A stretch of 64,000 bases of DNA from a virus (IMGVR_UViG_3300020200_000004); one strand, 5' to 3'; shown: positions 35,925 to 45,904, numbered from the stretch's first letter. Notes: generated by a model from the sequence alone, not told the origin. Numbers and translations: made by a program.

Positions 35925-37920
35925 TGTTAAGCCATCTACTTTTAGGATTAAAGCGTCTCAAAAAGCTTTTGCGATCTTGTCGTCTGGTTTATATTCAGAT
36001 AAGGTGTCATCGACCATCCGTGAATTGTCTACCAATGCCGCTGATGCCCATATCGCTGCTGGCAACAAGGAATCTTTTACCGTTCATCTGCCCAATACCC
36101 TTGAACCATTTTTCTCCGTAAAGGACAATGGCACTGGACTTTCCGAACATCACCTTAATACCCTTTATACAACCTATTTTGAATCAGATAAAACTCATTC
36201 AAATGACTTTACTGGTTGCTTGGGATTGGGCAGTAAGAGTCCATTTAGCTATACCGATCAATTCACCGTTGAAAGCCGATTCAATGGCAACAAGTATACC
36301 TATAGTTGCTTCATTGATCAGGATGGATTGCCTTCTATCGCCAAGATGGGTGAAGAAGTTACTGAAGAATCCAACGGTCTAGAAGTTAAGTTTGCTGTTA
36401 AAAGTTCTGATTTCTGGGAATTTCAGAATAAGGCATCAAATATTCTATCTTGGTTTAATCCTCAGCCTAATGTTGTTGGCGTTGCTGGGTTTGAACTTAC
36501 GCAACGAGAATACATTAGGAAAACTGATAAGTATGCTCTCCGCAAGGAAAAGCATTATGGTGATGCGAGCCGATTGATCATGGGTAATGTTGCTTATAAG
36601 CTGTCTACCTACAGTCTTGGCAACAAGGTTAGTTTGGATGAACTTGACCGGCAGATTCTAGATTGGGGCTGTGAAATCTTTGTCCCAATTGGCACTGTTG
36701 AAGTAACTGCAAACCGTGAAGATATTACTTATACTGAAAATAGTGCTAAGGTCATTAAGGAATGTCTTGCTGAAGCTGTCAAGGATGTTAGGGGAGAAAT
36801 TGATAACATGATAGCTTCCGCTCCTACAATTTGGGAAGCTAGGCGTGTTCTCCATGATTCTCACCATTCCATCATTGGCAAGATTAAGAATTTAACTTCT
36901 GCTACTTGGAATGGTCAGGAAATTCATAGTTATGTAAGTTCTGCCAAGTGGAATGAAAAGAACCCTGACAAGGAAATTAATATTCAGTTTTTGCGACGTA
37001 AGAAGGAACGTTTCGCAAAGAGCAATGGGCATAGCCACATTCACGCTGATAACAAGCCCATTTATGTGAATGACTTGGGGCATGGTGGTTACACAAGGGT
37101 TTTGCATGATTTAAATAAGAAACGCACAGATGAAGCTTACTTGCTGCAAAACAATAACGTAAGTTTCTTGGAAGAAGCTGGACTAAAAGAAATTGTAATT
37201 CGTGCTAGTTCTTTACCTAAGCCTGAAAGCAAGCGTTCTTATGTTCCACGTCGCAAGGGAGTAAGGGCACAGCTTAATCGTTGGGTTGAATCTCATTCCT
37301 ATAAAAAAGAAGCTTGTTCATATTGGCAACCAGCTGACGTTGATTTGGAACAAGGTGGCATTTATGTAGAAATGTCTTACTATAAATATACGTTGTTTGG
37401 TAATGAAGGTAATAGCCCAGACGGTTTGGAGTCTACCATCAGCGCTTTGTCGGCTTTCCATGAATCTGAGGATGGAAAATTGGAAGTTTTTGGAATTCGT
37501 TCGGCTGATAAGAAGATTCTGGAAAAGATGGATAACTGGATTAGCCTTGACGATTATATCAAGGAAGTTGTTGAAGCTAATGAATATCTTGATGCCACTA
37601 TCAAGATGAATAATGAATGGACTCATTATCGTGACAATCTTGCCGAAGCTTTCTTTAATGATGATTTGAGTGAAAAAACCTTATTTGGCCGTTATGTGGA
37701 ATATTGCAAAAAGGCTTACAAGGCTCATTCCAGTGAAAGTCGGGCATATATTAGACTGTGCGGTTTGGTTAATAAGAACATTGGAACTGGAACTAAGTTA
37801 AAGGAAATGCGGGATGAATTGCAGGCCAAGTATCCTTTGATTAGTTTTCTTAGTTCTTACGATACTCCTTACAACAGTAAAACTTTTAAGGCAGCACTTT
37901 TGAAATATGTGAAGGAGTAA
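35881..37920 (+). CDS. GHKL-family ATPase (Hsp90-like N-terminal ATP-binding domain)
   Basis: 679 aa; N-box IRELSTNAADAH, G1 box VKDNGTGLS, G2-like GCLGLGSKSPFSY (compare Hsp90 ELISNASDA / DTGIGMT / GQFGVGFYSAF). Confidence 0.5.
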   Translation: MILVQNPLNLEKSADVKPSTFRIKASQKAFAILSSGLYSDKVSSTIRELSTNAADAHIAAGNKESFTVHLPNTLEPFFSVKDNGTGLSEHHLNTLYTTYFESDKTHSNDFTGCLGLGSKSPFSYTDQFTVESRFNGNKYTYSCFIDQDGLPSIAKMGEEVTEESNGLEVKFAVKSSDFWEFQNKASNILSWFNPQPNVVGVAGFELTQREYIRKTDKYALRKEKHYGDASRLIMGNVAYKLSTYSLGNKVSLDELDRQILDWGCEIFVPIGTVEVTANREDITYTENSAKVIKECLAEAVKDVRGEIDNMIASAPTIWEARRVLHDSHHSIIGKIKNLTSATWNGQEIHSYVSSAKWNEKNPDKEINIQFLRRKKERFAKSNGHSHIHADNKPIYVNDLGHGGYTRVLHDLNKKRTDEAYLLQNNNVSFLEEAGLKEIVIRASSLPKPESKRSYVPRRKGVRAQLNRWVESHSYKKEACSYWQPADVDLEQGGIYVEMSYYKYTLFGNEGNSPDGLESTISALSAFHESEDGKLEVFGIRSADKKILEKMDNWISLDDYIKEVVEANEYLDATIKMNNEWTHYRDNLAEAFFNDDLSEKTLFGRYVEYCKKAYKAHSSESRAYIRLCGLVNKNIGTGTKLKEMRDELQAKYPLISFLSSYDTPYNSKTFKAALLKYVKE

Positions 37921-37922
37921 AC

Positions 37923-38162
37923 ATGGAGTTATATTTACTTTGGATTAGCTGGGGTGATTATGATGATAAGGAAGATCATTTATTGGGAGTGTATAGTTCC
38001 CTAGATGAACGTCAAGCTGCTATTAAGCGATATGAAAGTAATGGTAATTGTTGGATATTCAAGGATGGAAAGCCTTTTGCCTCTGATGCACAATATACTT
38101 TTCAGAAAACAGAAATAAACAAGGACATTTATCTTGAAAAACCTCTTGAAAAACCTAATTAA
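37923..38162 (+). CDS. Hypothetical protein (79 aa)
   Basis: ORF. Confidence 0.3.
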   Translation: MELYLLWISWGDYDDKEDHLLGVYSSLDERQAAIKRYESNGNCWIFKDGKPFASDAQYTFQKTEINKDIYLEKPLEKPN

Positions 38163-38448
38163 AGCTATAAAATGTTTGAAGAAGTATCGTGACCAACTTG
38201 GCAAAAAGGATTTAACTTATGCTGATCAAGTGATGAAAGAACTTCAAAATCACATCGTCAGTTTGTCCAGGCATTTAACCTTCATGTTGGAGTTTGATCA
38301 ACATGCTACAGACCTTAATCTTTATGAAAAGTCTGAGGTTGCAGCTAAGAATATTGTAAAGGCTACCAAGCTTTACCGTGAAAGGACTGGTGTTGGACTT
38401 ACCGAGGCACATAAAGCTGTTCAACAATATGTAAAAGATCGAGACTAA
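38134..38448 (+). CDS. Hypothetical protein (104 aa)
   Basis: ORF. Confidence 0.3.
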   Translation: MKNLLKNLIKAIKCLKKYRDQLGKKDLTYADQVMKELQNHIVSLSRHLTFMLEFDQHATDLNLYEKSEVAAKNIVKATKLYRERTGVGLTEAHKAVQQYVKDRD

Positions 38449-38690
38449 TGATGAAACCACAATGGTTATACTCTGAGTGTTCTCTATTTATCAGGAAAAT
38501 ACTTAAAGCTAAAACTGATGTTGAACGAACGGCAACGGCTCGAAAATGGGCTGATTGGCTTGAAGCAAGAGGAGATAGAGAATATGTTGAGTGGCTTCGT
38601 CATCCAAAACTTTCCTGGGAGACAAAAAACGGCTATGTAGTATGGCAAGTGCATCCTTGATCTAACAGTGGTCATGGGTGCAGTAGTAGG

Positions 38691-38972
38691 GTGGATAATG
38701 ACTGGTGGACGATTTATTATCCAACTGAAGAATGGACCAATAGTTCCCACGCTGAAAGTTTATTGAAAGCTTGGATTAAAAATGGTGTTGGTTTAGAGAA
38801 ATATCCTTGGACTAAGATTGTTTCAGAAAGAATTGGTTTAATTAATAAGTGGAATCAATTAGTTGAAGAGTGCAAAGACGAAAAGAACTTGCAGCATATA
38901 ATGAAGAACAAGATATTAAAGAATTTGAAAGGCTTAAAAAAAAGTTTGGTGATGGTGGCGTTTGGATTTTAG
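38691..38972 (+). CDS. Hypothetical protein (93 aa)
   Basis: ORF. Confidence 0.3.
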   Translation: MDNDWWTIYYPTEEWTNSSHAESLLKAWIKNGVGLEKYPWTKIVSERIGLINKWNQLVEECKDEKNLQHIMKNKILKNLKGLKKSLVMVAFGF

Positions 38973-38991
38973 TTAAGCCAAAGGGGTAATA

Positions 38992-39300
38992 ATGAAATTC
39001 TATACTGCCGAAAAGATTATGGAATTGTTTTGTTCTCCCACAAGAGAATTTGTTATTACTACAATCTCCGACAATGGGGCAATTAGAGTTTGGAATGGTA
39101 TTGATTTTGAGTTTCCTAATGATGATCCTTGGGGATACAAGAATTTAAAAGCTGCTCAAAGGGTTGCCAATAAGATTGAAAAAGACAAAGGTATAAAGAC
39201 TAAAGTTTGTTTTTGGGTTCATTCTGAAGATGATTATAAGCCAATTGAAAAATACGCTAAAATGACCGGTAAACGCTGGGAAGGGTGTCCGACGCAATAG
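38992..39300 (+). CDS. Small hypothetical protein translationally coupled to the cas12-like gene (candidate accessory)
   Basis: 102 aa; its stop TAG at 39298-39300 overlaps taGcATG with the start of the 1020-aa effector gene. Confidence 0.4.
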   Translation: MKFYTAEKIMELFCSPTREFVITTISDNGAIRVWNGIDFEFPNDDPWGYKNLKAAQRVANKIEKDKGIKTKVCFWVHSEDDYKPIEKYAKMTGKRWEGCPTQ

Positions 39301-39301
39301 C

Positions 39302-42300
39302 ATGTCGCAATTTAAGACAGTTGAGAATTTTAAGGATATTTTAATGTTAAAAGAAAAAACTACTTTGCGATCCTATCAGCTGCTTCTATTAGATAATCAT
39401 GATTTAGTAGAAAAGACGATAGATGTTTATACAAAAGGAGCTTCTGCTTGGTTGGACTTTTGGCTTACTGTTTTGGGCGGTATAGAATTTGAGATGATTC
39501 CATTATCTCCTCTTAGCAGTTATTGTATTACTAAAAAATTAAAGAGGAAATCCCAAGAAGATAAAGAAATATTTATTCCTATTAGCGAAGAAGCTTTATT
39601 GTTTGGCTGTTGGTTTTCTTTAGAAACGAATAGCAATTCGCCATTCATTATTTCTGTTCAAGATGTTTGGAACAAGTTCAAATCTTATCTGCCGAATAAT
39701 GTGAAAATAAGCTACAATTGGGAAAGAACTATCAAAGCACAAATTAATTCCTTTGTGTCTGAGAATACTTGTTGGGTAGATAGAAGAAAAGCATTTCAAG
39801 ACCTATCATTTAAAATTAATGTTGCTGATCTTGTTTGTAAAAAAGATTTTTGGCTTAATAAAGATGTGGATAGCAAATTGTATATGAGAAGTGCCTTGGG
39901 GCAATGGTGGAATGATGGAACAAAATCAGATTGGGTTAATCTTAAAATTAAATGTGAACAGTCTATAAAATTTATCGAACAAGAATCAGATATCAGAAAT
40001 GCAAAAACAAAAATTCTACAATCTCTTGGATTGCCAGATATAGCAGAAGCTAAAGAAATTGGCAAAGCTTATGGCAAAAAAGGAAAGCCTTCCAGAGTGT
40101 TTATTAAATTGGAAAAATTAACAGAAGATACTACCAAAGACCAATTGGTTAAGGAATTTCAAGAAGAAATTGTAAACGCAGAAGAACATGTTGCTTTTAA
40201 GCGTTGTCCCTGGCATGCGAAAATTAGAGAAAACATTGAAAAAGCAATAGGTGTAAGTTATTTTAATGAAAAAGGTAATAGTAGTCAAAATAATTTTGGA
40301 GAAATGGGCAATCTTGCTCTTGAAAAAATTAAAAGTTGGAAATCTAATTTTTTTAATGTCTTAGGAGAAAGATATCATAACTGTAAATCTGATTTCCATG
40401 ATTCAGAGGTAAAAGAATGGTTTGAAGAATACAAAAAAACAAACAAACAACTTAGAAATAGCAGCCTTTCAGGACTTGAAAAAGTATTTGATTTACTAGA
40501 TAACAAGTCTTTTGAAGATGCTATTAAAGAAGCCCAAAAATCCTACAACATTCTTGGAAGAAGATTTGGAGACGCTAACTTTTTCAACTTTTTAGGCAAT
40601 AAAATTCAGTCCAGAAAGGACAAAGATTGGTTGAAATTAATACGAGAATATGATAATTGGGATAATGTAAATTACAAATTTATAAATCATAAAAGTCCAA
40701 GACTTAAGCATTTTGGGGATGATCACTTAGCCACTCCTAGATTTGGGGAGTCAAGACCAACAGGCAATATCAAAAGCACAACTGGAAATAGTCACTCAAT
40801 TACATTGAATGTTTTCGATGGCAAATCATTCAAACTGACTAAAATTAATTCTGCTTGCAAAAGATTGTCTAATGAAATTAAAGATAATCAATCAATTAGA
40901 CAGACTAAGTTATCTGGAAAAATCTTTGAAAACTATCGAATTCTTCCTAAGAGTTTAGTTAAAAAGGGTGGACTTAAACTTTGTAAACAAAATGATAAAT
41001 GGTATGCCCATCTAACAGTCAATTTGCCAGTATTTGAAAAAGCTTCATGGCAAAAATTGATGAAAACCGGCACCATAATAATGAGTATAGACCCTGGTAT
41101 TAGAAGTTCTATATCATATACTATATTTGAAATATTTGAATGTGATCGAGATACAGATTATTTTATTGAAAATGGCATTACTCATGTGAAAATACATTCA
41201 TGGGAAGATCATAGTGGTACTAAGTTTAAAGTGCCTCATAATAATTTGTGGGTTAAATTGTTGGAATGGGGACATATTCGTGATCTACAACCTATTGGCG
41301 AAAATGGTTATCGTCAGTGCAGATTAGATGGTGGAACAAACACCAATTTAGACTCAGAAGAAATAGAATTTTGGAAATATCTTTTAATAACTGGTGTTGA
41401 GCAAAAAGACATGCCTGATCCTTTGCCAAAAAGGTCTGAATATTCTAGAATTATTGCAAATTTAATTAACAAGTGGTATACAAACAAATCAAAAGAAATT
41501 ACAGATAAGGTTAAACAACTAAATATTAATGATCCTGTAGAGTTTTCAAAAACTTTACAACATGTAAGAAAAGAAAGCGATTTATCATCAGAATTATTGA
41601 TAAAGGCGTCCCAAATATTATTTGTAAATAATTCAGATAAAATTGGGAGAGGCGGGTTATCCTATGCTAGAATTAAGATGCTCCAAACACTTTCTTCTGC
41701 TTGTAATAAATTCTTAAAAGTTAAAGAAAATAATGCAGAAATTATTGAATTTCAGAATTTTCTTAGAAAGAAAATTAATGCCATAAGAACGGAACGAGTA
41801 AGAATTACTGTAAACAAAGTTTTGCATGAAGCTGTCAATAACAAAGTAAATCTAATTCTATATGAAAATACCCAACTAAAATCTTCTTCCAGTTCCCCCA
41901 GAGGTCTTAATAGAAGTATAACATCCTGGTGCCCGTCAAAAGTAATCGAAGAATTGAAAAAACAAATAGATTTGTTGCCAATTTCTATAATGGGAGTAAA
42001 CTCTGCTTATACGTCTCATAACTGTTTTGTAACTTGCAAGAAAAAATGTCGTTATGATAAAGTTCATTTAGATGATCTTAATATTGAGCCTTGGAAAGAA
42101 AGAATAACCGATATTTTTACAAAAAAACAATTAAGCTTAACTGATTGTTTGTTGAAAAAAGGTTGGGAAAATTTCCTGAAAGAAAATGACTTGATGAGCT
42201 ACAAACAAATACCTGAATTTGTTAAAAACAAAAAAGCTTTTTGTTTAGTTCCCTCCAGGACAGGAAAATTGTTTGTTACAGAAATTGGAGAATTGAATGC

Positions 42301-42364
42301 TGATATCGCCGCTGCTGCTACAATAGGAATGAAAGGTCTTGCAATAATCCTATCCAAAGCTTAA
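39302..42364 (+). CDS. cas12: Cas12-family (type V) CRISPR effector-like protein, RuvC-only single effector; subtype not assignable by eye
   Basis: 1020 aa. C-terminal RuvC split in TnpB/Cas12 order: RuvC-I IIMSIDPGIRSS (D597), RuvC-II NLILYENTQLKS (E855), Cys/His cluster HNCFVTCKKKC (906-916), RuvC-III GELNADIAAAATIGMKGL (D1001). About 590-aa N-terminal helical region. The gene lies immediately upstream of a co-oriented CRISPR array. Confidence 0.75.
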   Translation: MSQFKTVENFKDILMLKEKTTLRSYQLLLLDNHDLVEKTIDVYTKGASAWLDFWLTVLGGIEFEMIPLSPLSSYCITKKLKRKSQEDKEIFIPISEEALLFGCWFSLETNSNSPFIISVQDVWNKFKSYLPNNVKISYNWERTIKAQINSFVSENTCWVDRRKAFQDLSFKINVADLVCKKDFWLNKDVDSKLYMRSALGQWWNDGTKSDWVNLKIKCEQSIKFIEQESDIRNAKTKILQSLGLPDIAEAKEIGKAYGKKGKPSRVFIKLEKLTEDTTKDQLVKEFQEEIVNAEEHVAFKRCPWHAKIRENIEKAIGVSYFNEKGNSSQNNFGEMGNLALEKIKSWKSNFFNVLGERYHNCKSDFHDSEVKEWFEEYKKTNKQLRNSSLSGLEKVFDLLDNKSFEDAIKEAQKSYNILGRRFGDANFFNFLGNKIQSRKDKDWLKLIREYDNWDNVNYKFINHKSPRLKHFGDDHLATPRFGESRPTGNIKSTTGNSHSITLNVFDGKSFKLTKINSACKRLSNEIKDNQSIRQTKLSGKIFENYRILPKSLVKKGGLKLCKQNDKWYAHLTVNLPVFEKASWQKLMKTGTIIMSIDPGIRSSISYTIFEIFECDRDTDYFIENGITHVKIHSWEDHSGTKFKVPHNNLWVKLLEWGHIRDLQPIGENGYRQCRLDGGTNTNLDSEEIEFWKYLLITGVEQKDMPDPLPKRSEYSRIIANLINKWYTNKSKEITDKVKQLNINDPVEFSKTLQHVRKESDLSSELLIKASQILFVNNSDKIGRGGLSYARIKMLQTLSSACNKFLKVKENNAEIIEFQNFLRKKINAIRTERVRITVNKVLHEAVNNKVNLILYENTQLKSSSSSPRGLNRSITSWCPSKVIEELKKQIDLLPISIMGVNSAYTSHNCFVTCKKKCRYDKVHLDDLNIEPWKERITDIFTKKQLSLTDCLLKKGWENFLKENDLMSYKQIPEFVKNKKAFCLVPSRTGKLFVTEIGELNADIAAAATIGMKGLAIILSKA

Positions 42365-42451
42365 AATGGCTCTGTTCGTTGATCTTTGACATCTTATTTT
42401 TAAGTTTATTTTAAACAGAAAGCAAACTGTTATCAGTTTTTCTTTCTGTTC

Positions 42452-42489
42452 AGTCTCTCGCCCTTATTTAAAAATAAGGGCGAGAGACT
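42452..42489 (+). other. Perfect 15-bp-stem hairpin between the cas12-like gene and the CRISPR array (terminator-like but without a U tract)
   Basis: agtctctcgccctta-tttaaaaa-taagggcgagagact. Confidence 0.45.
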
Positions 42490-42713
42490 ATGTGGTGAAA
42501 AACGTTGGAAAAGAAAATTTTTCTTAAGTCCTGATGAATTAAGCTTTTGCGATAAAGTTATCCTGTGCTGCCTATCGCTCGTTTTAAGTCTTTATTTGAA
42601 AAAGGTTTATGGCATCAAACCAATAAAATTCGGATATGCAGTTGTTCTAAAGTAATTGCCTCTCGCATACTTGTTTGTAAGTTGTTTTATTAAAAGGCTT
42701 TATGCAAATGAGC
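42490..42713 (+). promoter_or_regulatory. AT-rich CRISPR leader (putative)
   Basis: About 220 nt AT-rich sequence directly upstream of the first, non-degenerate repeat; the degenerate repeat is at the far end of the array. Confidence 0.4.
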
Positions 42714-44534
42714 GTTGCAATAGATTAAAACAATGTGCTGTTATTGGCACTTCGGCGTCATCGTCGGCATGGCCGCCCTGGTCCTGGTTGCAATAGATTA
42801 AAACAATGTGCTGTTATTGGCACACCAATGGCCAGTTTCAGAAAAGCACTTTTTCAATGTTGCAATAGATTAAAACAATGTGCTGTTATTGGCACAAATA
42901 AAACCAGCCAGTAACCGCTATATCCGCAAAAGTTGCAATAGATTAAAACAATGTGCTGTTATTGGCACTATTTGATTGTACATTGCATTACAATCGCCGT
43001 TTTTGTTGCAATAGATTAAAACAATGTGCTGTTATTGGCACCCAAAGGCCAGTCTCCGCCTTTGGCGCTCAAGAGCGTTGCAATAGATTAAAACAATGTG
43101 CTGTTATTGGCACCGATACAATGAAAGTAATCACGTGCACGATGGCAAGGTTGCAATAGATTAAAACAATGTGCTGTTATTGGCACGTCAAATATGGAGT
43201 AGGATGAAGGGCGAATTTTGGAGTTGCAATAGATTAAAACAATGTGCTGTTATTGGCACTGGAGGCTAAGGACTAACAAGAAGAAACTAGGAATGGTTGC
43301 AATAGATTAAAACAATGTGCTGTTATTGGCACGGAGTCCAGATACCATAGTTAATTCGTTGCAATAGATTAAAACAATGTGCTGTTATTGGCACACTAAT
43401 CAGCCAATCTTCTTAGGTGTTGATCTTTCGTTGCAATAGATTAAAACAATGTGCTGTTATTGGCACCGAACCGCCCTTGCCGCCGCCGTACACCTTAATG
43501 GTGTTGCAATAGATTAAAACAATGTGCTGTTATTGGCACTATCCGCAAAAAAAGAATGTGTCAATGCAAGGGTATTGTTGCAATAGATTAAAACAATGTG
43601 CTGTTATTGGCACCCAGCTTGGCAATCTGTCCTTCAATGTGCGTTCTTTGTTGCAATAGATTAAAACAATGTGCTGTTATTGGCACTATAGTGTATGCAC
43701 CGACTAATATATAATAGTAGCGTTGCAATAGATTAAAACAATGTGCTGTTATTGGCACTTTTTGGTCCTCGTCGTGGCCGTACACGTGATCGAGGTTGCA
43801 ATAGATTAAAACAATGTGCTGTTATTGGCACTCCAGTTATTGCTTGTTACTGAGAGAAGGGCTGGGCAGCGTTGCAATAGATTAAAACAATGTGCTGTTA
43901 TTGGCACTATAGCAATCGATTATCTCCGCATCGTCCAGTAGATGTTGCAATAGATTAAAACAATGTGCTGTTATTGGCACCTGCGCAGCGTAGAAGGTTG
44001 TTTCGTCGATGACCTGGTTGCAATAGATTAAAACAATGTGCTGTTATTGGCACAAACGTGACAAAGAGGTTGCAATAGATTAAAACAATGTGCTGTTATT
44101 GGCACATGAATTCGCCAGTGGCGACATGTCGGTCCGTGTCTGGTTGCAATAGATTAAAACAATGTGCTGTTATTGGCACTTGATGCTCTGCCCCAGACTT
44201 TCGTGGAAATCCGTGTTGCAATAGATTAAAACAATGTGCTGTTATTGGCACGGCATTTGCTTAGCCACCTCCGCACTCTTACACTTCTGTTGCAATAGAT
44301 TAAAACAATGTGCTGTTATTGGCACAATGTTCCAGACTTGCTACTACCTAATATGTTTCCGTTGCAATAGATTAAAACAATGTGCTGTTATTGGCACGTG
44401 CGAAGGTTGCCGGACTGCTTATGTTGCAATAGATTAAAACAATGTGCTGTTATTGGCACTGGAACGCACTTTTTCTTTTTTGCGATGCAGCAAGGAAGTT
44501 GCAATAGATTAAAACAATGTGCTGTTATTAGCAC
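42714..44534 (+). CRISPR. CRISPR array: 26 direct repeats of 37 bp (GTTGCAATAGATTAAAACAATGTGCTGTTATTGGCAC), 25 spacers
   Basis: Most spacers 35-37 nt; outliers 39, 38, 25, 25 and 15 nt. Repeat 4 carries a 1-nt deletion. The last repeat (44498-44534) is degenerate (..TTAGCAC). A 3' stem GTGC-N8-GCAC sits in each repeat next to the spacer. Same orientation as the cas12-like gene. Confidence 0.95.
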
Positions 44535-44670
44535 TCCAAGCAGCAACATTCCTGATCGTTTAGCTGAAATTTATAGTAAAGATGATCCTGTGCCGCCTCA
44601 AGTATGGGAAGCAGTTAAAGAAGTCCGAAAAGGAATGGGCATGATGTGGCATTACGCAGGAGATTAATTT

Positions 44671-45186
44671 ATGTCATTGATTTTAGCTAAGTCTGCTCCT
44701 AAACTGGAGGTTAAAACTTTTGGTATTGTGCCAATTCCTTCATTAGAAGATGAATTGAAGCACCCCAACATATGGATTCGTACCAGAGATTCTAAAGAAG
44801 TAGATTTTGAAATAGATTTTATTGATTTTAATCAAATATTGGATTGTTATTTTGGATTTAAACCATCGGCAGACATATTTTCCATTGACGAAGAGGAGAT
44901 GGAATTTTGGTTCGGTAGTAATAATTGGGCAGAAAATTGCATTCTATTCAAATTCAAAACCAATGACGCTAATGTATTTGCCATTGATGAAACAGATTTC
45001 AAAGTAATGGCACAATATGTTTATACCAATACAGATTTAATAGCAAATGACGTAAGATTAAATTATTTGGGAAGGCATAAAAAGAAGTCAGAAAAACTAA
45101 AAAGAGGGCAAGATTTATTTGATTGGTTGCTTTCTTTGAAATTGGTCGATGGTTTTAATACAAAAAACAAAAGGCTTGCAAAATAA
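44671..45186 (+). CDS. Hypothetical protein (171 aa)
   Basis: First ORF after the array. Confidence 0.4.
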   Translation: MSLILAKSAPKLEVKTFGIVPIPSLEDELKHPNIWIRTRDSKEVDFEIDFIDFNQILDCYFGFKPSADIFSIDEEEMEFWFGSNNWAENCILFKFKTNDANVFAIDETDFKVMAQYVYTNTDLIANDVRLNYLGRHKKKSEKLKRGQDLFDWLLSLKLVDGFNTKNKRLAK

Positions 45187-45187
45187 C

Positions 45188-45904
45188 ATGACATTTTGGC
45201 AAGAAGCAAAGGGGTTGGCCAAGTCTTTATGGTTCGACCCTTTTTGGTATTTGATGTTATTTTTGATAACATTTGGGCCGGTTCTTAGTCATGGAGAATT
45301 TCCTTGGTGGACTTGGCTATGGATTCCAGGGTCTATTCTGGTTATGTTCTTTATTATATTGTGCAAGCAAAGATATGGCTACCGTTGGAATAAGGAAGAG
45401 GAAGATGCCAAAGACCCTATGCGGTATAGCGTGAAAAAAGTAAAGTTTAGCATGGAAAAAGGTGGAAATTCTGTGAATACTGAAATTATTGTTAGATATG
45501 CCAGAAAAGAAGACGCACATACTTTATATCAACTTTATAATGGCGATTGGTCTAACTTTATAATGTTGGGGCATAGTTTTTATGAATATGAAGAAATGAT
45601 ATTGGCTTCTCATGTTAAAGTAATTGGGGCTTTTAGAGAAGATGCGTTTCTTGAAATTAAAACTTCGACAGCAGTTGGAATTTTAATTGCAGTTGATGTA
45701 GTTTGCTGGGGGTATTTGGATATAATTTATGTTGATGAAGAATATAGAAAATTAGGTGTTGGCAAGAGAATGATAGATTTACTTATAGCATCTAATCCCA
45801 AATGGAAAAAACTGGAAGCTGGGGATATAAATGAGAATGAGAAGATAAAAGAAATGGGTTTTCAGTACGTTGAACCTTTAAATTGGTGCGTGAAAAGCTT
45901 ATGA
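45188..45904 (+). CDS. Membrane-anchored GNAT-family N-acetyltransferase
   Basis: Two N-terminal TM helices (LWFDPFWYLMLFLITFGPVL / LWIPGSILVMFFIILC) then GNAT motif A IIYVDEEYRKLGVGKRMIDLL. Confidence 0.55.
   Translation: MTFWQEAKGLAKSLWFDPFWYLMLFLITFGPVLSHGEFPWWTWLWIPGSILVMFFIILCKQRYGYRWNKEEEDAKDPMRYSVKKVKFSMEKGGNSVNTEIIVRYARKEDAHTLYQLYNGDWSNFIMLGHSFYEYEEMILASHVKVIGAFREDAFLEIKTSTAVGILIAVDVVCWGYLDIIYVDEEYRKLGVGKRMIDLLIASNPKWKKLEAGDINENEKIKEMGFQYVEPLNWCVKSL

Noticed and set aside
42452-42489. Calling the cas12-proximal perfect hairpin an intrinsic terminator
   Set aside because: No U-tract follows on either strand. It is kept only as an 'other' structural feature, since it could equally be a processing or stability element.
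42365-42713. Searched the cas12-array interval and the array's 3' flank for an anti-repeat (tracrRNA)
   Set aside because: No stretch complementary to the repeat was found by eye, so no tracrRNA is called. A computational complementarity search over the whole contig is needed to be sure.
42953-44667. Four ORF-track entries (42953..43159 +, 43588..43785 -, 44234..44437 +, 44380..44667 +) lying inside the CRISPR array
   Set aside because: They are made of repeat units read in frame (recurring CNRLKQCAVIGT peptide), which is an artefact of the array.
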